Assembly: GCA_937952315.1 (NCBI GenBank)
Contig: CALFZX010000016.1
Location: 78,969 to 142,968 of the forward strand
DNA from: an uncultured bacterium
GTDB taxonomy: Bacteria > Patescibacteriota > Minisyncoccia > CAIUEV01
Reading direction: 5' to 3'
DNA length: 64,000 nt
Shown: one piece after another, positions 36,074-44,850 of the stretch
How positions within the stretch are numbered: the stretch's first letter is position 1
How the letters are laid out: every line of letters begins with the position of its first letter
Translations under genes and position numbers: made by a program
The notes under the pieces: generated by a model
Database searches by the model: none
What the model was told of the DNA's origin: nothing
Seen by the model: only the letters and a program-made list of their open reading frames with translations

Positions 36074-38041
36074 TTAATTATTTTCGGTTTTTACCTTAAA
36101 AATCGCTATAGATTCACTTGAATAAATGGGATCAAAAAAATCGGATTTCCAAAAAAGAAAATCATCTCCCTTAGGTTTCAATATAACATAATTTGTTTGA
36201 GTTTGTCCATAACACGATTTTGATTGCTTGCTATCGGGGACAATTATCATTTCACGAGGACAAGTATCAATTTCGTTATAGGGGTCCACCGTTTCATACT
36301 TGTAGTCATAAGTTCGAGAGATAAAATAATCATAGCCTCGTTGCAGAAAAAATTTGATCCAACTGTCACCGGAAAGAGTGCTGTGATCTTTCAGCATGAC
36401 CGAGTTAGTTTCGGTTTTTTCGGCTAAATATTTAGAGGCTTCATACAATTCTACCGTTTCTTGAAACTTATTTAAACTGCTGTAAGTGGAGCGAAAATCT
36501 TTTGTCCCGTCAAACAGAAAAATGGCGATTAGGATAAATAAGACAAGAATAAAACGGCGATTGTCTAAACGAGTTTTCATTGCGGATAGAAAAAACGCTA
36601 ATCCGTAAGCGGAAAGTACGGTTAAAGGAAATATGAGATAAGTGGCGACTCGGCGACTGGGAATGGAAATATTAAAAATTTGGGGGAAAAAGGATAACAA
36701 AAAAAGAGGCAAGAACCAGCTAAAAACAAAAGCAAATTTGAGCCAAGAAAAATTTTTAAAAATCAACGCCAGACCGAAAACGGAAAAAATAATTTTCAGC
36801 CAACCGAATTTACCCGGCAGAGATGCCCACTCAATGCCGGTGTGGCTTGCTTTTAGAGGCTCTCTGGCCACGGTTTCAACCGCATTATTCTCCAAATAGA
36901 AAGGCAAATAAACAAAAGCGGTTAAAATAAAAATAAAAATTAAAACAAAAATCAATTGGGGAGAAAAGAAGAGGTTTTTGACGAATAAAAAAATATGCTG
37001 ACTGATTTTTCGCGATTCTTTCTTGAGGATAAAAAAAGTGGCAAAAAGCCAAAACAAAAAGAAGAAAAATAAATTGAAAAGCAGAAGAAAAGAGCTGAGG
37101 TGATGAGTGTAGAGAATGCCGACGAGAAGAATCAAAATCAAAGCTAAAATCGAGGATAAGGCTGAATATTTTATTTTTTTACAATCTTGTTTCAGGCTCT
37201 TAAACCAAGAAAATCCGAATAGAAAAACTAAAATTAAAATAGAGCAAATCAAATAATTGCCGAAAGTGTTGCCGACCACTCCTCCGTTAACATAACGACC
37301 TTGAGGCGGATCAATGGTGTAGTAAGCACCAAAAAAGGCTAACGCCAACAATGCGGTTCGACTTTTACCGGTAAGAACAAAAGTGAAAAAAGCAATGCTT
37401 AACGCTGTCAGCAAATTAAAAAAAGCCAGCAAAATCAAAGGCAAGGCGGAAAGCAGGCTTATATTTGTTGTTATTGAAAGAAAGGCAAAAATCAAATGCT
37501 CCCCGATGATAACTTCAGCGGTGTCGTAAGCGGGAACCTTCCCTTGGCTGACAATATTTTGAGAAAAATACATATGGTGACCGAGATCGGTGTCCTGAGG
37601 CAAAACATCGGGTAAATAAAATAAAACGCGAATAGTAACGGTAAAAATCCAGATCAAGGCCAGAAGAAGAAACAGACTTTTTTTGGTCGAAATAGACTTT
37701 TTCAAGCCATTCGATTTTTGCTTTTTAACAAAGAAGAATCCGGCTATCAGGCAAAATAGAGAAAAAAAAGTCAAAGACCAGAAAGAAAATTTTATTTGCC
37801 AATAATCAAGGAAAATCATTAAAAAATTGACAAAAACGAGTCCCGTCGCCGGAGCAAACAAAAAATAAAAATAGCGATTCAAATAGGGGCGAAAATTTTT
37901 CGATAGAGCTTTTCCGAACCAAGCAAGATTTTTTTCAGTAATCAAAAGGCGAGCTAAAAGATAGCCCGGCAATAAGACCAGAGAAAAAAAAGTCAATACA
38001 AAAACAAGATAATCAAACAGGGCGAAAGCAAAAATTGGCAT
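36074..38041 (-). CDS. Large polytopic GT-C-like membrane protein
   Basis: LPGY, DTDLGHH in a loop after the early TM helices, THHLS, SRRV, soluble C-domain ASKYLAEKT...VML. ATG 38041 preferred. Confidence 0.6.
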   Translation of the reverse strand: MPIFAFALFDYLVFVLTFFSLVLLPGYLLARLLITEKNLAWFGKALSKNFRPYLNRYFYFLFAPATGLVFVNFLMIFLDYWQIKFSFWSLTFFSLFCLIAGFFFVKKQKSNGLKKSISTKKSLFLLLALIWIFTVTIRVLFYLPDVLPQDTDLGHHMYFSQNIVSQGKVPAYDTAEVIIGEHLIFAFLSITTNISLLSALPLILLAFFNLLTALSIAFFTFVLTGKSRTALLALAFFGAYYTIDPPQGRYVNGGVVGNTFGNYLICSILILVFLFGFSWFKSLKQDCKKIKYSALSSILALILILLVGILYTHHLSSFLLLFNLFFFFLFWLFATFFILKKESRKISQHIFLFVKNLFFSPQLIFVLIFIFILTAFVYLPFYLENNAVETVAREPLKASHTGIEWASLPGKFGWLKIIFSVFGLALIFKNFSWLKFAFVFSWFLPLFLLSFFPQIFNISIPSRRVATYLIFPLTVLSAYGLAFFLSAMKTRLDNRRFILVLFILIAIFLFDGTKDFRSTYSSLNKFQETVELYEASKYLAEKTETNSVMLKDHSTLSGDSWIKFFLQRGYDYFISRTYDYKYETVDPYNEIDTCPREMIIVPDSKQSKSCYGQTQTNYVILKPKGDDFLFWKSDFFDPIYSSESIAIFKVKTENN

Positions 38042-38052
38042 AAAAAAATTAT

Positions 38053-39177
38053 TTATTTTTGAAATTCCTTTAAATAAATTTTGCCTATAACAGACCAATC
38101 GAAATGATCTTTGACAAATTGACGAGCTTTTTTGGCTAAGCTGATTCTAAAATTCGGATTTTCGATTAAAAAATTGATGGTGTCAATCCATTTTTTGTTG
38201 TCCTTCTGGGGCAGAATCAGACCGTTCCTCTTTTGAACGACAGCGTCCTTCAGGCCCTCAATGCCGGTCACTAACGGTAATAACTCAGTTGCGCCGGCCT
38301 CGATCGCCGTTATACCGAAGCCTTCCTTGTCTCCCGGTACTTCAATATTGGGCATAACCAAAAGATCGGAGGCGTTCAGCAGAAACTTTTTTAATTTGTT
38401 AGAGACGAAGCCCAGTCGAAGCACTCTTTCAGTTAAATGATTATTTTCGATTATTGTTTTGACTCGGGCTTCAAACGGGCCGGACCCGGCCACTATCAAT
38501 TTTACATTGGTTGGCAGTTCGGTGAGAACATTTTCGATGAACCAATGCAACCCCTTTCTTTCCACGATTCGACCTAAAAAAAGAATAATGAAATTTTTTT
38601 CATCTTCGAAAAAATTGTTTTTAACGAGCATTTTAGCTTCCATCGCTTTTTTTCGGGCGAAATTTTCTTTCAGGGGCGATCGGTAGTTTTCCTCCGTTGC
38701 CGTTCCGTTGGGGATGACTAAAATTTTTGCGCGATCCAGACCGAATTTAATTCCCGTATTTTTCGTATCGTGGCTGACGGCGATCAATCGGTCCAGTCGG
38801 TTGATGGCCGGCAAATTAATCTTTCGATAGATTGAGGATTTATCCGCGTAAGTGATGTCCAAACCGTGAAGATTGCAAAAAACTTTAGTTTTTCTGAAAA
38901 AAAGCTTTAAGATTACTCCCAGAGGCGCCATTACGCCGTCCGAAAGATGAACTACCCGAATATCGTGCATTAAAATGAGAAAAAAAGCTTTAATTAAGGC
39001 CCACGGGAGAAAAAGAGGAAGCAATTTTTTACCGTAACGATTAACAATGGCCTTCGTTGGCACTAATTGGCCGACGGTCTTTATCAGGTTGAAGCTCAAG
39101 GTTTCCATGCCCCCCAAAACGGGAGGATAGGTTCTGCTGATAAACAGGATCGGTCGAGAAGGGCTTTGTTCTTCCAT
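38053..39177 (-). CDS. GT4-family glycosyltransferase
   Basis: YPPVLGGME, GRIVERKG, EGFGITAIEA. Confidence 0.92.
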   Translation of the reverse strand: MEEQSPSRPILFISRTYPPVLGGMETLSFNLIKTVGQLVPTKAIVNRYGKKLLPLFLPWALIKAFFLILMHDIRVVHLSDGVMAPLGVILKLFFRKTKVFCNLHGLDITYADKSSIYRKINLPAINRLDRLIAVSHDTKNTGIKFGLDRAKILVIPNGTATEENYRSPLKENFARKKAMEAKMLVKNNFFEDEKNFIILFLGRIVERKGLHWFIENVLTELPTNVKLIVAGSGPFEARVKTIIENNHLTERVLRLGFVSNKLKKFLLNASDLLVMPNIEVPGDKEGFGITAIEAGATELLPLVTGIEGLKDAVVQKRNGLILPQKDNKKWIDTINFLIENPNFRISLAKKARQFVKDHFDWSVIGKIYLKEFQK

Positions 39178-39204
39178 CGGTGATTTTAAAATTATTTTAT
39201 TCTA

Positions 39205-40521
39205 ATGCTAACGAAAAAGATTTTTCCGAAAATTTTTACTTTATTAATTCTAACGGCTGTTTTCTCTCCCACCTACTCTTTTGAGTTAATAAATAAATCT
39301 TTCGGTTCAACTGTCTTTCCGAAAATTTTGGTCTATCTTTTTGATTTTGTCACTCTTCTTTTTATTTTAAGCTCAACGGCTTTTTTTTGTGTGAATCGAA
39401 AAGCCTTGCAACTATTAAAAAATTTTTTAAATCGCAATCGTTTTTTTATTTTTTGCGCTTCTATTTTTGCTCTTTTGCCAAGTTTATCCGCCGGCTGGAG
39501 CGGCGACCCGGAAATTTCTTTCATAACGGGTGCCCGGTTTTTTCTGATTAGTGTAGCGATTCTTACGGTAATTTTTCTAACTTCCCACTCCTTCTTTTTT
39601 TACCGTATTTTTTTTCTTACCATTGTTTTCTCAGCGATTACACAATCATTTTTCGCCATAGGCCAATTCTGGTCGGGAGGTTCTTTGGGCTTCAATCTGC
39701 TGGGTGAAAGTTATTTGGGAGGAGAAGTGCTCGGGTTGGCGCGAATCTATTTGGGAGAAAATTTATTTTTAAGAGCTTACGGTACTTTGCCCCATCCCAA
39801 TGTTCTTGGCGGTTTTCAGCTTTTTGCTTTTTCGGTGGTGCTATATGATTTTTTAAAAAACAAAAAGATTTTTTCCTCGAAAACTTATCCGTTAATTTTT
39901 TTCAGTTTTTTACCGGGTTTAATTCTTTCTTTTTCTCGTTCGGCTACGGTGGGACTGCTTTTAATGTTGGCGGGGACAATCTTATTTGTTAAAAAGAAAA
40001 ATTTTTGGATCAAATCCGGCTTTGGAATTATGGTTTCGATTCTCTTGATCCCGTTGCTATTTGTTATTTTTGCTTTCAGTTCACGAGGATTAGTTGACGG
40101 TTCAATTTGGAAAAGCGAATCGGTCGTTTTAAGAGCGGAGCTGATAAAAGCTAACTGGGAACGACTTGTTTCTCAGCCAATTTTCGGAAGAGGCTGGGGA
40201 GCCGGACCGGGGGAACTGTCGGCTTTTTCCGATTTTCCCTTTTATTTTTTTGAAAAACAGCCAGTACACAATATTTTTGTTCTTGTCTTGGCCGATTTGG
40301 GAGCAATCGGAGGAATTTTATTCTTTTTAATCTTATTCTGGTCGCTTGTCCATTCTTTTCGATCGAATCGGTTAATCGCGTTAACGACGGTCATTTTTTT
40401 GAGCATCGGTCTCTTGGATCATTATTTATTAACTCTACCGATTGGTAATTTTATCTTTTTTTGGTTGGTTTTTGGGTTCTTAAGAGAAGAAGAGCCAAGG
40501 CGAAGAAAAGCAATGCGATAG
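39205..40521 (+). CDS. O-antigen ligase / O-oligosaccharyltransferase (Wzy_C) family protein
   Basis: RAYGTLPHPN, SFSRS, PIFGRGWG, PVHN...DLG..G, DHY. Confidence 0.88.
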   Translation: MLTKKIFPKIFTLLILTAVFSPTYSFELINKSFGSTVFPKILVYLFDFVTLLFILSSTAFFCVNRKALQLLKNFLNRNRFFIFCASIFALLPSLSAGWSGDPEISFITGARFFLISVAILTVIFLTSHSFFFYRIFFLTIVFSAITQSFFAIGQFWSGGSLGFNLLGESYLGGEVLGLARIYLGENLFLRAYGTLPHPNVLGGFQLFAFSVVLYDFLKNKKIFSSKTYPLIFFSFLPGLILSFSRSATVGLLLMLAGTILFVKKKNFWIKSGFGIMVSILLIPLLFVIFAFSSRGLVDGSIWKSESVVLRAELIKANWERLVSQPIFGRGWGAGPGELSAFSDFPFYFFEKQPVHNIFVLVLADLGAIGGILFFLILFWSLVHSFRSNRLIALTTVIFLSIGLLDHYLLTLPIGNFIFFWLVFGFLREEEPRRRKAMR

Positions 40522-41461
40522 GTAGAAACAAAAATATTTTGTTCGCCGTTTGAAAAATTAAAGCGCCGATTCCCAGCGCCGCAGTGACCGCGCCAAGAAA
40601 AAGAGTCACTTTCCAGGCAGGCCAACCGCAAGCAATTAACCTTTGATGCAAATGTAGCCGGTCTCCACCGAAAACCGGCGCTCGTCCCTTTAAAATTCTT
40701 TCAAGCGAGACCAACACAAAATCAAAAATCGGGATGCTCAGGACTAGGGCGGTGGTTGCCACTTTACCGCCGGAATAAAGCGAAACGGTCGTTATTAAAA
40801 AACCTAAAGTCCAGATTCCAACCGTGCCGAGATAAAAACGAGCGGGTGGAAGATTAAAGGCCAAAAATAAGATCAATAAAAAAAACATAGCGAAACAGAG
40901 GTGAGCGGTGCTGGGTTGGTTGACTTTTTCCGTCAGGCTAAGAAAACCGAGAGTGCCAAAAGTTATAAGGCTGACAGTGCCGGCCAGACCGTCAATGCCG
41001 TCAATCCAGTTGAGAGAGTTGATTATAATAATCAGCCAAAAATAAGTAAGAACGATTCCGATCAAGATTCCCGGGAAAATAACCTCTCCCTGCGGTAGGC
41101 GAATGTGTTGGATTGAATCGCCGGCCAAAATTAGAATCAACGCCAAAAGACTTTGAATTGAGATTTGGTATTTCCACGACATTTTTTTTAGATCGTCCAG
41201 CGTTCCGAAAAGCAAAATCAAAATAAGTCCGATCGTCAAACTGATGAAATCTTTATTGAGTAGGAAGCCGCTATGGCGAAGTTGAGTCAAACAAATAAAG
41301 CAGAGAATGACTAGCAAAATAAACAGACCGCCCATTCGTTTATTCTTCAGAGCTTGAAAGAGCCAACCAGATAGGAGCTGATTTAAGAAATTGGCCAACG
41401 CCAAGACAATTAAAATCGAGGAAAAAAGGGTAATAAATATTTCAAAAACCGAAAATTGCAT
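40451..41461 (-). CDS. WecA/TagO-like polyprenyl-phosphate sugar-1-phosphate transferase (MraY superfamily)
   Basis: GTLDD, NSLNWIDGIDGLA, FNLPPARFYLG, DRLHLHQRL. Confidence 0.88.
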   Translation of the reverse strand: MQFSVFEIFITLFSSILIVLALANFLNQLLSGWLFQALKNKRMGGLFILLVILCFICLTQLRHSGFLLNKDFISLTIGLILILLFGTLDDLKKMSWKYQISIQSLLALILILAGDSIQHIRLPQGEVIFPGILIGIVLTYFWLIIIINSLNWIDGIDGLAGTVSLITFGTLGFLSLTEKVNQPSTAHLCFAMFFLLILFLAFNLPPARFYLGTVGIWTLGFLITTVSLYSGGKVATTALVLSIPIFDFVLVSLERILKGRAPVFGGDRLHLHQRLIACGWPAWKVTLFLGAVTAALGIGALIFQTANKIFLFLPIALLFFALALLLLRTQKPTKKR

Positions 41462-41479
41462 ATCGAAGCAGATTAAACT

Positions 41480-41953
41480 TTATTCATATCGCAGAATTAT
41501 TTTTCTATCTTTTAAGTTTTTAGCAAAGGAAATTTCCATTTGATAGATTTTTCGTTGAGGTGCGATAGCTTTAATTTTTTTAGCTAAATCTAAATCGGCA
41601 ATGCATTCCGGCCACTCAATCAAAACCAGATTGTCCCGATTGCTGATAATATTTTCAAAAGCTAGATCTTGAATTTGAGAATAGCTGTTGAGACGATAAA
41701 AATCGAAATGAAGAATTTTTTTAGGAACATTTTTCAAATTAAAGGAATACTCACGACAAAGAGCAAAAGTGGGGCTGACCACCGTCTCTTTGACTCCTAA
41801 GCTTTTTGCTATCAGACTCGAAAAAAAAGTTTTGCCCGCTCCTAAAACACCGGATAGCAAAACTGCTTCATTCGCGGAAAAGTGCGAAGCGATTCTTTCG
41901 GCCAACAATTCCATTTCTTGTTTTGAAGCGATTTGGAAAACTTCTCTTTTCAT
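41480..41953 (-). CDS. tsaE: t6A biosynthesis ATPase TsaE
   Basis: GVLGAGKT, VSPTF, HFDFYRL, IEW. Confidence 0.93.
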   Translation of the reverse strand: MKREVFQIASKQEMELLAERIASHFSANEAVLLSGVLGAGKTFFSSLIAKSLGVKETVVSPTFALCREYSFNLKNVPKKILHFDFYRLNSYSQIQDLAFENIISNRDNLVLIEWPECIADLDLAKKIKAIAPQRKIYQMEISFAKNLKDRKIILRYE

Positions 41954-41955
41954 TT

Positions 41956-43020
41956 CTAAAAACTTAAACCTAAAGAATTGGATATTCGGGCATTCGTAAC
42001 CCCGATTAAGATTTGTTTGGGGTCGTCAATTTTGGTTAGAATTTTATTCAGGCGACGAGAAACTTCAAATTGAATCGGTTTCCATCGCCTACCTTCGTCA
42101 AAACTCAAGTACATGGCCATTCCGGCCAAGGCAATCCAGCCGTTATTTTGACCACTTTCGATCAAAGCTAAATCAAGGACGGGATTATTTTTGGGATCAC
42201 TCAAAACGGAAATTTTTTGCCAAGTTTCGCCTTCGTCTTGACTGCGAAATAAACCTTTTTCCGTCGAAACGAAAAGACCGGTTCGATTCTTCTTGAGAAA
42301 ATAAAAATTATTACCCAAAGAGCCATATTCGCCCAATTGAATCTTAACAAAATTTAATCCGTTTTCTGAAGATTTCCAAAGATTTTGATCGGTTAAAACC
42401 CAAATTTGACCATTTTTTTCTTCATCGACAACTAAATTTTTAACTTTTTCCGGAAAAGAAAAAAGCGCTTGCCAGGTCAGTCCGCCGTCGTTACTGCCCG
42501 TTAATAAATTCAAAGAATTAACGGCAAAGACCGTGTTAGGGGTAAAGGAGTGGCTTGCAACTCGTTCCACCACGCTTTCCTCTCCGCTTTCAGTGTAGAC
42601 TTCTCGCCAATCCAAACCGCCGTTTTCCGTTTTTAGGATTTTACCGCGATTATTCAATTTGGCTGATAAATAAAAAACTCCCTTCTCTTTTCTCTCCGGA
42701 GCCAGTGAGTACACTGTGTCGGTTTCGGGTATGATTCTTTTCCAACTGTCACCAAAATTATTGCTAACGAAAAGCCCCATTCCCTCAATCAACCAAAAAA
42801 CAACAGCTGGATTGTTCGGATCGGCAACCAAATCCAAGGTGTTGGTCGAGCTTAAATTATTTTTTTCGTCCTCCTCGATTTTAGTGTTTTGAGACCAATT
42901 TCCGCCCATGTCTGTTGTTTTATAAATACCACCGTCATCCTGTTGAAAAGAGCAGCTGGGCAGAGAAGTAGGCAAAAAGGCTAGCGGAGCAAGAACGAAA
43001 AGACGCCAAAATTTTGACAT
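41956..43020 (-). CDS. Exported Asp-box (BNR/YCF48-like) beta-propeller protein
   Basis: Hydrophobic N-terminus with SC; repeated S/TxD/NxGxxW boxes (TTDMGGNW, SNDGGLTW, SQDEGETW, SFDEGRRW). Confidence 0.82.
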   Translation of the reverse strand: MSKFWRLFVLAPLAFLPTSLPSCSFQQDDGGIYKTTDMGGNWSQNTKIEEDEKNNLSSTNTLDLVADPNNPAVVFWLIEGMGLFVSNNFGDSWKRIIPETDTVYSLAPERKEKGVFYLSAKLNNRGKILKTENGGLDWREVYTESGEESVVERVASHSFTPNTVFAVNSLNLLTGSNDGGLTWQALFSFPEKVKNLVVDEEKNGQIWVLTDQNLWKSSENGLNFVKIQLGEYGSLGNNFYFLKKNRTGLFVSTEKGLFRSQDEGETWQKISVLSDPKNNPVLDLALIESGQNNGWIALAGMAMYLSFDEGRRWKPIQFEVSRRLNKILTKIDDPKQILIGVTNARISNSLGLSF

Positions 43021-43220
43021 TTTTTGCTTTTTTTAAATTAAAAAATTAGACTGAAAAAAGTTTTTTGCGAAATATGACTTTGGTCAGCCCGAAAGGACAA
43101 AATAATTTTAATCTTTATTTATCGAAAAATCCAAATTTTTCGATAAGGGATGAAATTATTGCAAATCTCATATAATTATTTTAGAAAGAATATATCTAAT
43201 TTAAAATTAAGAATTGTAAA

Positions 43221-43667
43221 ATGCAGAAGATCCATAGCGAAATTAAAGGTCAGCTTAGATCCATAAAATTTCCCGAATTCAAGATCGGTGATTTGGTGAG
43301 AGTACATCGTCGGGTTAAAGAGGGGAATAAGGAGCGTGTTCAGATTATCGAAGGGGAAATTATTGCTCATAAACATGGTTTTGAACCGGGAGGGGCTATT
43401 ACTTTGAGAAGGGTGACGATGGGGGTGGCGGTTGAACTGGTGATTCCGGTTTTTTCTCCCTTGACGGAAAAAATGGAGATAGTAAAAAGACAGAAGGTGA
43501 GAAGAGCTAAATTATATTTTCTTAGACGAAGCAAGGATAGGAGAATAAAATTGAAGGAAGACATGAATGCCACGGCACTTATCAGGGAGGAAAATGCTCG
43601 TTTGAAGATAGAGGAGAAAAAAGAGAAAGAGGCGGCTAAGGCGAAGGAGGCGGAAGAGAAAAAATAG
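43221..43667 (+). CDS. rplS: 50S ribosomal protein L19
   Basis: FKIGDLVRVH, EGNKERVQ..EG, KVRRAKLYFLR. Confidence 0.96.
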   Translation: MQKIHSEIKGQLRSIKFPEFKIGDLVRVHRRVKEGNKERVQIIEGEIIAHKHGFEPGGAITLRRVTMGVAVELVIPVFSPLTEKMEIVKRQKVRRAKLYFLRRSKDRRIKLKEDMNATALIREENARLKIEEKKEKEAAKAKEAEEKK

Positions 43668-43696
43668 TCGGATTGAGGCTTAAAGGCTTCGATTTC

Positions 43697-43770
43697 GGGC
43701 ATATAGCTCAGTTGGTTAGAGCGCGTCACTGATAATGACGAGGTCCTAGGTTCAAATCCTAGTATGCCCA
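43697..43770 (+). tRNA. tRNA-Ile(GAT), CCA not fully encoded
   Basis: GGGCATA/TATGCCC acceptor stem, CGTCA-CT-GAT-AA-TGACG, GGTTCAAATCC. Confidence 0.96.
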
Positions 43771-43847
43771 CCGGAAAAAATAATTATCGAAAAGGAATTG
43801 GCGCGTTGATAAATTTTTTCGATCGATAATTTTTTATATCTAAGAAT

Positions 43848-43921
43848 GCGTTCGTAGCTCAACTGGATAGAGCGCTTGGCTTCGGACCAAGAGGTTGAGG
43901 GTTCGAGTCCTTCCGGACGCA
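43848..43921 (+). tRNA. tRNA-Arg(TCG)
   Basis: GCGTTCG/CGGACGC acceptor stem, CTTGG-CT-TCG-GA-CCAAG, GGTTCGAGTCC. Confidence 0.95.
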
Positions 43922-43943
43922 CTATTTAAGAAGCAAAAAGCCT

Positions 43944-44801
43944 ATGACTGTCTACAATATCCTCTTTCCTTTTCTAATTTTGGCAGCTTTGGGGGTGGTG
44001 ATTTTTATTTTGGTTAGACACCTGGGGGAAGTACCGGCCTATCCGGAAGCGCATGTAAAAGAGGAGAAAAAAAGATGGTGGCAAATATTTTTAGGCAAGG
44101 GAGAAGGTTTTTTGAGAATGCTTCGATCTTTTATTTTGAGTATTGACGATAAATTAAACGATTCAATTAAAACAGTCCGGGAAAGAAAAAACGATATCGG
44201 TCGAAGCCTTAAGGACTTTAGGGAAAAAAAGAGGCAACAGCCCGCGGAAAGGGTTGAAAATTTTTCAAGTCAAAACTTAGAGCGTCGGGAACCAAAAATT
44301 GAAGTATCCTCAGATATAAATTCCCAGGAAGAATCGCCCGCTCCGGTGAAAGAAGAGGCTAAAAGCTATCCTTTGGGTGTCGTCTCGGAAGAATTTTCAG
44401 TGAGCAAAGAAAAATTATCAAGAGAGGCCTCGCCGGATATGGTTAATTTACCGCCGGAGATAAAATCGACACCACCCGTAAAGAAACCTATTCGTTTTAA
44501 ATTTCCTTTTCCAAAGGAGACTATTCCTGTTCAAGAAATAGTGAAAAAAACTTTTACGGCCGATGAACTAAAAAACGAAAGAAAAGAATATTGGAAGAAA
44601 AAAGAAGCTATGCTCATTCAAAGCATTGTTCGGGAGCCGAAGAATGTCAATCTTTTTTTGCAATTGGGCCGTCTTTATTGCAACCAGAAAAATTGGATTG
44701 ACGCTAAGAATGCCTTCTATGAAGTTTTGAAACTGGATAAAATGAACATAAAAGCCAAAGAAGAACTTAAAAGAATCGAGAAGAACGAAAATAAAGACTA
44801 A
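43944..44801 (+). CDS. Membrane-anchored protein with C-terminal TPR motif
   Basis: N-terminal TM, disordered linker, PKNVNLFLQLGRLY...AKNAFYEVLKLD..N..A. Confidence 0.75.
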   Translation: MTVYNILFPFLILAALGVVIFILVRHLGEVPAYPEAHVKEEKKRWWQIFLGKGEGFLRMLRSFILSIDDKLNDSIKTVRERKNDIGRSLKDFREKKRQQPAERVENFSSQNLERREPKIEVSSDINSQEESPAPVKEEAKSYPLGVVSEEFSVSKEKLSREASPDMVNLPPEIKSTPPVKKPIRFKFPFPKETIPVQEIVKKTFTADELKNERKEYWKKKEAMLIQSIVREPKNVNLFLQLGRLYCNQKNWIDAKNAFYEVLKLDKMNIKAKEELKRIEKNENKD

Positions 44802-44850
44802 CAGAATATCGAGTTTGAAATAAAAATTTACTCTTAAACCATTTTTTATT

